From: a virus | Lineage: Duplodnaviria; Caudoviricetes | IMG/VR virus record: IMGVR_UViG_3300032143_000004 | Span: 1 to 44,108 of that record | Strand: one strand, 5' to 3' | Length of the DNA: 44,108 bases | Shown: one piece after another, positions 18,306 through 29,600 of the stretch | Position numbering within the stretch: position 1 is the stretch's first letter | How the letters are laid out: the number at the start of each line of letters is the position of its first letter | Translations under genes and position numbers: made by a program | Notes under the pieces: generated by a model | What the model saw: only the letters and a program-made list of their open reading frames with translations | The model's database searches: none | Told to the model about the DNA's origin: nothing

Positions 18306-21300
18306 ATGTCCGAAAGTTTTTTATCGTTTGGTAATTCAGAAACATTCCGAAAACAGTTATTGGTAAGAAATTTATCGCCATACAATGTGCCAGGAAGTTA
18401 CAACTCTCCTGGTAACCCAATTAATTATGAAACTAATCTAACCGTTAGTAATGTTACGGACTCACCAAACAACTATGTCTCAACAAATTTATTTGCGTCT
18501 GATTTATATCCTTTAAATGAATTTGGACCCGAAGGCGGATTTGGAGTCCCTATTGGTGTAAATTTAACACCTGTTTTAGAACCAAACCAAGGACCTTATT
18601 ATCCTTTGACTTCTGGTCAAATGGAGGGACTACCATTAATCAACGAATTTTATATTGAGTCTGCATATGTAACAAACAAATGGGGACCTTCAGGTGGTTA
18701 TAAAGATTTAGTTATAATTACCGATACTTTCCTAACAAACCCAATATATCAACCTTTTTGGAATCCAGGGTATTATAACTATTCATCATATTCGTTATAT
18801 AATGTTATTTTCCAAGACGACCCAATTGGTTCAAACGGGTCTTTATCTTCGGATAGTTACTTAGCAAAGATAGGAGCAACCCAACTTAAGTTTGCATTTG
18901 AAGAAAGGGTCGCACAAGAAATTAATCAGGCAACACTTGGTGTAATTAATTTAGACACCATAACGGATCCATTTACCGCTAGCTTATTAGCCACAGGACA
19001 ACAACCATTCTTTATAAGAGATTGGAGGATTACGGTACCTGAAAATCCATTAGCAAATGCCGTTAATTTAATAAACAGAATTACAGGTACATACTTTCCT
19101 GTATCATTTATACCGGGTGATTACTTTAATGAGAATTCGCCTTATGTAAATCCACAACAACAAAATGGTGCTTTAAATACCATTAATAATTTAACGGGTG
19201 GTTTATTATCTCCAATATTAAATAAAACTAGAAATCCATCAGAAATTTTTGTTGCAAATTCAGGTAATGGTACAAGATCAACATTATTTGCTGCGTTAAA
19301 TTATAACCTATATAGACCGTCTTATAACATTGGGTTAATACAAGGTCTTTCGGCATTGGCAAACGCCCTTGTTGGTCAAGATAGTCCTGAGACTGGAACA
19401 TATTATGTTGGTAGCCCAAATTCAGAACCAAGTTTAATTGATTCGCCACCAAACCAAGTACCTGTTAATCAGTTTGGAGAACAACAAGCAACAATTGTTT
19501 ATGGACCACAAGAACTTGGAATATTATATGAAGGCAATGAAAGTCAATTAAAATTTGGTCTTAAAGGTAAATCATATACTGACGGTGGTGGTATTACAGG
19601 GCAATTAGTTTGGACTTCACCAAAATACAAAGGTAACGCAGGTTTTAGAGCAACACAAGGTGGTGGGGCGGGAAGTCTTGATGACGACTTTAATCAAATA
19701 TCTGCGGATTACTTACAATACCAATCTGTTGACATCCCATTCAAACCTGGATCAATTTTATATAACACACAAAGATTAATTGAATCCGCAGATCAATTAC
19801 AAGGTCAGGCTAGATTAAAACATGTTGGAACCGCAATTAATCAGGTCTCAAAAGTATTCAATGATGGGTACAAAGAATTAACAAAAGGATCACAAGTTTT
19901 ATCATATGTTAATCAGGCGGATGGAACACAAGCAGGATTAGAATACTGTAGAGTTTTCCAAAAAGACACCCCTTATTATACTTACGCTGACTTACAAAAA
20001 TCTGACGGTATTACCAAAACAGGTCGTCAGTTTGATTATTCAGTGTTAGATAACACTTATAACTTGAACATTGCTCCTTTAAGAAACCCTGGATCAACAA
20101 ATATAGTTGACAATAAAGTAAAAAAATATATGTTCTCCCTTGAGAACTTAGCTTGGAGAACTTCAGATAGACCTGGATTTACTTACGATGAATTACCAAC
20201 ATGTGAGAAAGGGCCTAATGGAGGAAGAATTATGTGGTTCCCACCTTATAACTTAACATTCTCTGATGATTCACGACCTGAATTTAACCCAACAACATTC
20301 TTAGGTAGACCTGAACCAATATATACCTACAAAAACACCGCTAGAAGTGGACAATTAAGTTGGACAATTATTGTTGATAATCCAGCCATGATGAATACAA
20401 TCATTGAAAAACAAATGAAGGGAGCTAATAAAGATAGAGTACAAAGTATTATTGATTCGTTTTTTGCAGGTTGTATGAAGTATGATTTATATGAATTGGC
20501 GGCAAAGTTTAACACAATACCCTCTAAAGATTTATATACTTACCAACAAATTTTAAATAACCCACGATTAACTTCCGAAGAACAAATACAAGTTTTACAA
20601 AGTATTCCTGTCAATAATGAAGGCGGTAATGTAGGTAAGGTTTCAAACGCCGACGATATCCCAAATTCTACCGCAAATGGAAATCAAGAAGCCCAAAACC
20701 CACAATTTGAAACTGTTGATTTGACATCAAAATATGAGGGATATGGTTTTTATTTCCATAATGACATTCCAAAATCAAAGCTAACAACTGGTCCATATAA
20801 TGATTATTATAATGCATACTTGGGTTTACAAAATGGTGTTTACACAACACAAGCACCACAAAAAGTTATATCAGGTACTGATGTATTTTTAGGATCAGGA
20901 GTTCAAAATTTCTTTAATGAAGTTGTTATTGGTAATTTTAATTTTATTTCAACAGAATTATTAAAACAGATAGAAGAGATTTTGGTAAATCAAAATGGTA
21001 AAATTGATATTGAAATGATAGGTTCGGCCTCAGCAGTTGCGGCAGTGTCGTATAATCAATCCCTCTCTGAAAGAAGAAATAATTCAGTACTCCAATGGTT
21101 TTTACAACAACCACTTTCAGGAGGTACAACAATTAAAAAATATTATGACGATAAAAAGTTTAATCTTGTATTAAACCCTAATGGTGAAGAAATTGTAATT
21201 GCTAAAACAAGAGCAGAGGCGGCAGCTACGGAAACACCTACCGATGTAAGTGTTAATAATGCTCAAGGAGGAAATATTTTAACTTCGAGTGTTGATTGTA

Positions 21301-23354
21301 GAAATAATGTTAAAGATGCATTTTATAATCCACCTAAAGTGACCTCACAGGCCGAATGGTATAGTGTTCCTGCAATGGCATGTAGAAGGGTTGCCATAAA
21401 TAAAATTGTTGCAACAGTACAAAAGAAACCTGAAGTACCCGTTATTCCACCACCTGTGGTAATTGAAACAACTAGTAACAACCCACAAAATATTCTAACA
21501 GGGATTACTCAAAGTATTAAACCTGAACCTAAAATTACTATTGAACAAAAATTAAAAGAAGGAATTTCTAAAAAAATATTAAGAAATTTATTTACGGAAT
21601 GTGATTATTTTGAGGTTATTAAAGAAACAAATCCGATGATCTACGACACCATTAAAGATAGAGTTAAATTCTTTAGCCCATCATTCCACTCAATGACACC
21701 TGAAGGTTTAAATGCTAGATTAACATTTTTACATCAGTGTACAAGACCTGGACAAACAATTCCTATTATTGGACCTGACGGTAGACCAAAATATAACGAC
21801 GCATTAAATACTTCATTTGGGGCACCACCGGTTTTAGTGTTAAGAATTGGTGACTTTTTTAATACTAAAATTATACCAACATCATTGGGTCTTACATTTG
21901 AAGGTTTAGATTTAAACCCTGAAGGTATTGGAATACAACCAATGTTGGCAAAAATAACATTGGCATTCAATATTATTGGAGGTATGGGACTTAAAGAACC
22001 TGTACAACAATTACAAAACGCACTTTCATTTAATTTTTATGCGAATACAGAAATTTATGATGAAAGAGCGACCGCAACTGAAGACACAAGTAAGTTAGAC
22101 AAATATGTTGTAAATAAAATAACAGGAGGAGTTCCACCTGTTAGTCAACAACAAGTCAATCAAATTAATAGTGTACAACCACAAAAAGGTGGAGATACAG
22201 TTGGTACAGTGGTCGATGGGACTACTATGGACTACGCAGGGATATATACAGAGTTAGAAGGAAAATTACAAGAGTATTTTAAAGCCTATAGCGATATGTT
22301 GAGTAAAACAACATTGGATTATTCATATGGAGCAACTTTAATTGCTATGAAAAATAACAACTATACTAAAGGTGAACTTTGTGGATACATAAATGAAGCG
22401 GTTGATACCGTTATTTACGGTAAGTCTAATGAGTATCAAAATTTTGTTGATGATTTATATGGTGAGGTAGTAAAAGACATTAATCAAGGAGATAACCCAA
22501 TTTTATTTGCGGCAATAAATAGATCGGGCGGTATAACCGGAAAACAAAAAAGAGAATTAGAAGAAAAATTAAAAATACAAGTCTCTACAGGTAAAGGGGA
22601 GATATTAAACTCAATAACTAACAACACGACTAACATAGTTTCTGTAGAAAATGAATTGAACTATATTTTTAGACGGTTAGATGTGGTATCATCAAAATTA
22701 GATGGAAGGTTACAAGGGACAAACGAACCATTATTATATGACTTAAGTGGTGATACATTCTTCAGTGTAAACGAAAATAGCGGATCTATTATAGATGTAC
22801 TCACATTTAAAGTTAAAAATATTATTGAAAGTTTTAATGGTTTAATTTATGCTCGAGGATTTACAGGTGATTACTTTAAGAAAAGTAACTCTACTATTGA
22901 TAGTGGAAGTGGTTGTTCGTCTGTTGTTGTTGGGTTAAACCAATCTTTCTTTGTTGATTGTCCTACTAATAGATATTATAGTCTTATGTCGCCATTCTTC
23001 TTAACTGAAAATAAATACCAAACAATGGTTAATGAGTTGACAAGCGGTAATGAAGTTAAAGGTGATACTAATTTGGTTGATCTTATTAAAAGTACATGTG
23101 AAAATTTAAAAAACACACAATTCGCACCTTTTAAAACTTATTGGGAGGGAGAATTGAAAAAGTTAGTTGACGACCCAATTTATATACAAGCCTCAACTTG
23201 GAAGATACCAGATAACACAGTAAAAACTTGTGGTTACAAAACTCCGGCTGAAGGCAACTTAAACACAAAAACTAAAAGAATTAAAGACTTATATTCAAAA
23301 AATAACTTGAATGAACAAAAATCAACATTCAACGGGAAAGTAACATTTAATTAA
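18306..23354 (+). CDS. Large baseplate protein: tube-initiator-like segments with an internal OmpA-like domain
   Basis: FPPYNLTFSD..FLGRPEPIYTYKNTARSGQL and PPVLVLRIGDF..QPMLAKITLAF segments; OmpA-like FYFHND..IEMIGSAS..YNQSLSERR..RRV; follows TMP. Confidence 0.6.
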   Translation: MSESFLSFGNSETFRKQLLVRNLSPYNVPGSYNSPGNPINYETNLTVSNVTDSPNNYVSTNLFASDLYPLNEFGPEGGFGVPIGVNLTPVLEPNQGPYYPLTSGQMEGLPLINEFYIESAYVTNKWGPSGGYKDLVIITDTFLTNPIYQPFWNPGYYNYSSYSLYNVIFQDDPIGSNGSLSSDSYLAKIGATQLKFAFEERVAQEINQATLGVINLDTITDPFTASLLATGQQPFFIRDWRITVPENPLANAVNLINRITGTYFPVSFIPGDYFNENSPYVNPQQQNGALNTINNLTGGLLSPILNKTRNPSEIFVANSGNGTRSTLFAALNYNLYRPSYNIGLIQGLSALANALVGQDSPETGTYYVGSPNSEPSLIDSPPNQVPVNQFGEQQATIVYGPQELGILYEGNESQLKFGLKGKSYTDGGGITGQLVWTSPKYKGNAGFRATQGGGAGSLDDDFNQISADYLQYQSVDIPFKPGSILYNTQRLIESADQLQGQARLKHVGTAINQVSKVFNDGYKELTKGSQVLSYVNQADGTQAGLEYCRVFQKDTPYYTYADLQKSDGITKTGRQFDYSVLDNTYNLNIAPLRNPGSTNIVDNKVKKYMFSLENLAWRTSDRPGFTYDELPTCEKGPNGGRIMWFPPYNLTFSDDSRPEFNPTTFLGRPEPIYTYKNTARSGQLSWTIIVDNPAMMNTIIEKQMKGANKDRVQSIIDSFFAGCMKYDLYELAAKFNTIPSKDLYTYQQILNNPRLTSEEQIQVLQSIPVNNEGGNVGKVSNADDIPNSTANGNQEAQNPQFETVDLTSKYEGYGFYFHNDIPKSKLTTGPYNDYYNAYLGLQNGVYTTQAPQKVISGTDVFLGSGVQNFFNEVVIGNFNFISTELLKQIEEILVNQNGKIDIEMIGSASAVAAVSYNQSLSERRNNSVLQWFLQQPLSGGTTIKKYYDDKKFNLVLNPNGEEIVIAKTRAEAAATETPTDVSVNNAQGGNILTSSVDCRNNVKDAFYNPPKVTSQAEWYSVPAMACRRVAINKIVATVQKKPEVPVIPPPVVIETTSNNPQNILTGITQSIKPEPKITIEQKLKEGISKKILRNLFTECDYFEVIKETNPMIYDTIKDRVKFFSPSFHSMTPEGLNARLTFLHQCTRPGQTIPIIGPDGRPKYNDALNTSFGAPPVLVLRIGDFFNTKIIPTSLGLTFEGLDLNPEGIGIQPMLAKITLAFNIIGGMGLKEPVQQLQNALSFNFYANTEIYDERATATEDTSKLDKYVVNKITGGVPPVSQQQVNQINSVQPQKGGDTVGTVVDGTTMDYAGIYTELEGKLQEYFKAYSDMLSKTTLDYSYGATLIAMKNNNYTKGELCGYINEAVDTVIYGKSNEYQNFVDDLYGEVVKDINQGDNPILFAAINRSGGITGKQKRELEEKLKIQVSTGKGEILNSITNNTTNIVSVENELNYIFRRLDVVSSKLDGRLQGTNEPLLYDLSGDTFFSVNENSGSIIDVLTFKVKNIIESFNGLIYARGFTGDYFKKSNSTIDSGSGCSSVVVGLNQSFFVDCPTNRYYSLMSPFFLTENKYQTMVNELTSGNEVKGDTNLVDLIKSTCENLKNTQFAPFKTYWEGELKKLVDDPIYIQASTWKIPDNTVKTCGYKTPAEGNLNTKTKRIKDLYSKNNLNEQKSTFNGKVTFN

Positions 23355-23356
23355 TT

Positions 23357-23680
23357 ATGGCATATCAATATTGGAATAGGTATTCGGATTTTTTGCTCAA
23401 TGGTGAACAAACTGTTGTACCGTATGTGCAATTACCCTCAAAATCATCTGATAAAAATTACATCTATATTGTTGGACAATCTAGATTGGATAAAGTATCG
23501 CAACTTTATTATAACACACCATACTTTGGGTGGTTAATACAAGCGGCAAACCCCCAATATTCAGGAGATGAATACTCAATCCCTGATGGAGCAGTTTTAA
23601 CAATTCCATTTCCTTTGGTTGCTTCACTACAAGACTATAAAAATACATACGAAAACTATTTCTTCTATTATGGTAGGTGA
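23357..23680 (+). CDS. LysM-like baseplate protein (T4 gp53/P2 gpX-like)
   Basis: SRLDKVSQLYYNTPYFGWLIQAANP..IPDGAVLTIP. Confidence 0.75.
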   Translation: MAYQYWNRYSDFLLNGEQTVVPYVQLPSKSSDKNYIYIVGQSRLDKVSQLYYNTPYFGWLIQAANPQYSGDEYSIPDGAVLTIPFPLVASLQDYKNTYENYFFYYGR

Positions 23681-26600
23681 TCAAGAAAATATTTTAGTTG
23701 AACTTGATTATGATAACATTAGTTTAATTGACCCAAATAAAACTGTTGATGAACTTGGTAATGTTAGCGATAGATTGGTTAAACAAGAAAACTTAGTTTA
23801 TTATGCTAATTTAGAATGCAATGTTTTACCAAGAACAAAGTTAGCGGTTGGTACCGCAATGAACGACTCATCAAGAACTATATCAGTTAGTAAAATTAAT
23901 TTTTTAAATCCCGGAAATAAAACATTCATGGATACCAATTGGGCGGATGAAGTAACGGGCAAGGATACTCTTTCAGGTCAGGGTGTAAATCAACCAAAAC
24001 AAAACTCGGTAAAAAACCCAAATAAATCTGACGATTATTATATGACACAAAACCTTTGGTCTAATGGTACTCCAGGTGCGGTAGACAATGGTTTGTTAGG
24101 TATGAAAGCCATTAGGGTATCAATTGGTACAGATTTTTTACCTGTAATTGATGTTGATTTAGAGGATGTTAAAGGTAGAGCGTTATTTGAAGGTGGAAAC
24201 AACTCACCATATGCTGCGTTTTTCCAATTACCATACCCACAATTCACATTAACCTTAAAAGGATACTATGGGAAAGCAATTAAGTTTCCTATAATGTTAC
24301 AGTCTTTTACATCAACATTTGACCCATCAACGCACAACTTTCAAATTAAATTAAAGTTTTATGGGTACAAATATACTTTGTTGTCTTATGTAAATTTTGG
24401 AGCTTTAATGGCGGTTCCTCAAATGTATAAAAGTACAATTACCACAACACCTGTAGTTAAACAACAAGGTAATACCACATCTGGTTCTGACTCTGTTACC
24501 GCACCACAAACTGTGAGTAGAGGATATCAAAAAATGAAAGAGATTTATTCTGATTATAAATCTAAAGGACTTATTCCTGATAACTTTCCTGAGATAACAT
24601 TACTACAATTAAAATATAGATTACAAAACTTTATAACAGATGTTTTAGCTCAATTTGAAAAGGAAAACATGGGTCTTCTTACAGACATGACGCTCTTTAC
24701 AAACAATCTTTTAACCTACCAACAAATTATATTCCTATATGGGAATGGATCATGGTTTTCAACTAACATGGATAGAGAAAATCCTATTGTGTTAAAAACA
24801 AAAGAAAATACATTTGTTTTTAAGGAAGTATTAGACTTAGAAAAAAGAGGTATTGCGGTCGCAAAACTTGAAGGAGACATACAACAATATAATGACATCT
24901 TAGGTCAAAATAGTATTTTTGGGATTAATGGTAGTTACACAATTGGTGGTATAAAAACTAAGTCAGACATACCATCAAATGTTTCGGTAGGAAAACTAAA
25001 AAAACAAGTTGATATAAATCAAATTGATTTGGTTACAACCTATGTTTCACAAAAAAATGCACCTAAAGGAGATTATAAAGAAAGTGATGCTGTTATTATT
25101 AACTTTAAACAAACTTTAGAGGGAATTTTAAAGAAAAATAATAACACCGTTTGGTTTTTTGAGGGTTCAAATTCGTTTATGTCAATAACAGATTCTATGG
25201 CAAAAAAGGTATCTGAATTTAGAAAAAAAATTGAATATGAAATAAGTGCCTCTTTAGCTACAAAATTTAACGCACAAGGTAATGGTGGTTTGGGATTCGT
25301 ACCATCAATTAGAAATATACTTGCAGTCTTTTATTGTCAAGGAGAAGCGTTTCTTAGATTGTTAGATGAGGTTCATAAAAAAGCTTGGGACCAAAGAGAA
25401 AATCAATTTAGAAGAGCGGCAATATTTGGTAATATTTCCGCAGCACCTAGCGTTGATGTAAAAACATCATCACAAAACAACGAACCAATTTATCCATGGC
25501 CACAAGTAATTAAAGAAAGTATTGGTGAGGATAATAAAGAAAAATTTGAAGTTATTTATCCTGGTGATCAAACCGTAGCAAGTACTTATAGGGCGTATAG
25601 CCCTGAAGTTTGGCCTGAAGTTGAATTTGTTGAACAATTTATTAAAGGGTATACGGAAAGGTTGGCCGATAAGGATATTGATTTCCAAGTATTCGATAGT
25701 AACACCCAACCATTAAGAGAATCTTTAAATTCGATTGATTTCCCCATCTCAAATGAGGTCTTTCAAAATAAAGAAGAATCTAAATACTTTTATGAGATTT
25801 ACGAAAGACTTATTGTTAATTCTTATTATAGTAGATTCAATAGAAAGAGTGGATATAATTTAAGTATATATGAAGTTGAGTCTGATAGTGAAGCGGTAAA
25901 TATCCTACAAAGTTTAGGCAATGACAATCCATTCTTATCTAAAAAATTAAAAGAATATCTTTTAGATTCAAACAACTATGTCCCATTTTTAATGCATATA
26001 TCAAATCAAGGTCAAGGTGAGAGTTGGCAAACATTCTCTAGAGGTGAATTTGTAACCCCATACCTAAAAAATGATGCGGCTAACCCAAATGTTATTTACA
26101 ATGGGTCTATTTTTTCATCTCTTAAATCTCAACCATCCGTATCGTTATCAAACGCTAATAATATTACAAACATAAATAAGTACTTAAGTAATTCATCAGT
26201 ATCTAACGAATTTGATTTTGTGGATACATACCCATTTACAAATTTTTCTTGGGTTAAAACAAATATGGCTAATGGGAAAAGTTTAAATAATGTTACAGAT
26301 GTAATAGACACTAAATTAGTTATAGGTTATAATGAAGTCCATAAAACCGTAACAAACTTTACGCTCTCAGATACTAATAACGACAAAAGACCATTTACAC
26401 ATTTTAATTTTATAAATTTAAATGTCACAATCGACACATCAAACCTTAAGACTTTTTATGAAACAAGAGGGTTTGCAAGTCAGTTGATTACTGAAGGTAA
26501 TTTAAATTATGAAAACTATACCAACTACTTAACAGATTCTCAAACGACATCAATGTTGAATACCCCATATTTTATTAATGCGATACAACAGGGGGTATTT

Positions 26601-29600
26601 AATTTCAGATACAAACAAAATGATTTATATCCTTACAAAAATGCTGCTTATCTTTTCTTAAACAGTTTGCCTTTAGCGACTTTAAAAGAAAAATATAAGA
26701 CATATGCCAATGAAACTGAAACTGATTTAGATTACATTGTTGCAACACTAAAAAAGTTTGGGGCTGTACATAAGTTACCATATGCATGGATATTAAAATA
26801 CGGATCAATTTGGCACCGATATAAAATTTATAGAGATACAGGAGTCGACATATTAGATGATGTGTGGAAAGACTTTAATTATTTAGAAAATTGGGATCCT
26901 GCGACTTCCGCCGCAACATATAACTATAATCTTGTTGTTGATGGGACACAAAAAAATTTAGTTTTGGATACCACAACAGGATCTCCATCATTTACGGATA
27001 TTAATACAGGATTCTACCCACAATTGATGGATGACTTTAATGTGTTTATACAAGGTCTTAAATTGTTTAGTGGTCAAACACAAGTTTCGGGAACATGTAT
27101 TGTACAAACAATTACGGGAGCAAGTAATGTTATACAAGTTACGGGAACATGTTCCACAAATGGTACTGGTATTACAATTAATAGTATATCAAATAACTTT
27201 ATTACTTTACCACATACAATTTTTATTCCTTCACTAAATGCTAATATACAATTAGTGACACAAGTAACTGGTACAACAGGAGGTATTGGATACTATACCA
27301 CACCATTAAACTTTAGCGCCGCATTTACAACCTTACCGTTTGTGTTGGGGTCATATGGTTACTTAACAAATACAACACCATACCCAATACAACCAGGACA
27401 AATTATTGGTGGTAGCCCATCTACATCTGCGGTTACAGTTTTAAATATATACAGTGCAACTACAGGAGTCACTCAAATTTATGAACTAACAAGCACATCG
27501 GCAGAAACATATAATTATACTGTGTTGAATCCACCAATACAAGTGATTGCAATTTCAAATAATGTGGTTACAAATGGATCAATATTAAACGGACAGAACC
27601 TTAATGGTAATGTTGTTATTACATCACAAGTTTCAGGTTCAACAGGAGGAATAGGATTATACCAAACCTCAACAATACAAACGGCAAACACATCAAACTT
27701 TGTTGTTCAAAATGCTTATGTTCAGGGAATTGGGTCACAACAAATACAAAATTATCTTAACGACAATAAGTTAATGATGTTTAACACACAAAACTCAACA
27801 ATTTTTGAAACATCAGGATTTGACCCAAATAGTAATCAAAGATCTATGAGAGTTAGTCCTTGGTCTGTTGTTGTTAGAAGTACATTACTTCCTGATTCAT
27901 ATTATGTTTTGCCTTCATTTGGTTCTAATATTAATCAAGCAAAAGTTGAAGCGTTTAAGAATCAAAAAATGAAAGTTGAGTTATCTAATAATCCAGCAAT
28001 GTTTAATGGTAGTGTTAGGTTATTTTGGAACGCACCACAATACGGATGGTTTGATAATTCAAAAATTGTAAAAAATAGTCCCGATACCTACCTTAAAAAA
28101 ATATTGTTTAACCAATCTAGCCAACAAAACTTTTCATTATATGGTGATATAACACAATACAGTAACTTTGAAGAGTTGTTCACAACATTTGAACTTGAAT
28201 TAATGGATAAGTTTGAGTCGGAATTTTTAAACTTCAGCAGATCTGTTTACGATTATAACGACACATTACCCAACTATCTTGTACAAGAGGAAAGTTTTCC
28301 TGGATCAAAACGATTGCTTAATGGCGTAAGTGAAGAAGAAAAAAGTTATAAAAATTTTCAATACTTAATGAGGTCTTTATTAATAATAAATAAACCAACA
28401 GGAACCTCACCAGAAACAAAATTAGAAAATGTAATTACACAACAAAACCAAAGATTCCAATTTGTATTGGGAGAATTTGTTAATTACAATGTCGCATTTA
28501 AATTTGGAAATCCAAGTAATTTTAATAAAAGATTATACTATACATTTTCAACAAGATATATTGAGGAACCAATTATTTATGGTCCATACGAACAAGGAAA
28601 TTTACCACCACAAGTAAGTTTATCACAATCTAAACAACAAAATCCAAAAACTTGGTTGGCTTTAGAAAAATATGTTGGGACATCAACAATACCTCAGTTA
28701 GAATATAAAAATAGTGGTTCTTATATTACGGACTTTTTTATTAATATGAATGTTGCGTTTAATGAAAAAAATGTTCAAGATTTTTCACCAATCATTAAAA
28801 TATTTGCAACTCAAAAATTATTAAACAGTAACTTAAATGTTACAAGTTTTTATAACTTGATGGACAATTATTTAATAGATTCTGAAACTTATATTGGAAC
28901 AGTTTTAAACACTATGTTACCTGTAGTAAGAAATGGTTTACCTAATGTTTTCATAAATAATGATGATAGCGCTAATAGAGCTGGATTGGAGGCAGGCTTT
29001 ACAGAACAAACAAGAACGGAACTTTGGGAAACATTTAAAGCGTTAAATGACACATGGATTGCAGGATTTGATTTTCAAAATAAAACACTTTTTGAAGATG
29101 TTATGTTGGTTGATAGAGCTAGTAGAAATGTTGGAGATAAAATATTAGTGGACATTTTTGGTATTATTAATTTATTAGAAGATGGTGCAACAGAAAAACA
29201 CTCAGGGTCAAACTCATATAAGAACACATTACTTGACATGGTTACAACTATTTTAGTACAGAATAACTTCCAACACTTTATGTTACCGTCTTATGTTAAT
29301 TTTTATAATGTGCAAGACGCACAAAAAAACGCAACACCTAGACCTGATGGAACACTCGAAGTTGGTAATATGATGTTTGGTACTTATTTAAATGTGGATT
29401 ATAGACAAAGTTCTCCTAAATTCCTTTGTTATTATGTAAACAAACCAAGTGAACATCTTAACTTGAATGACAATATTGATTATAGATTTAGAGATGATGC
29501 TTTTGATTTAAGAAGGGCAAGCGACAATCCATTAGTTGAAAACTTGGCAAATAAAAATGATTGGGATAAATCTAATAAGATTGTAGGTTTTAATGTTGAT

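Noticed and set aside
23619-23669. ORF-track N-terminal extensions (also 8624-8668, 13903-13917, 15432-15458)
   Set aside because: They overlap an upstream gene, terminator or upstream motif; downstream starts fit better
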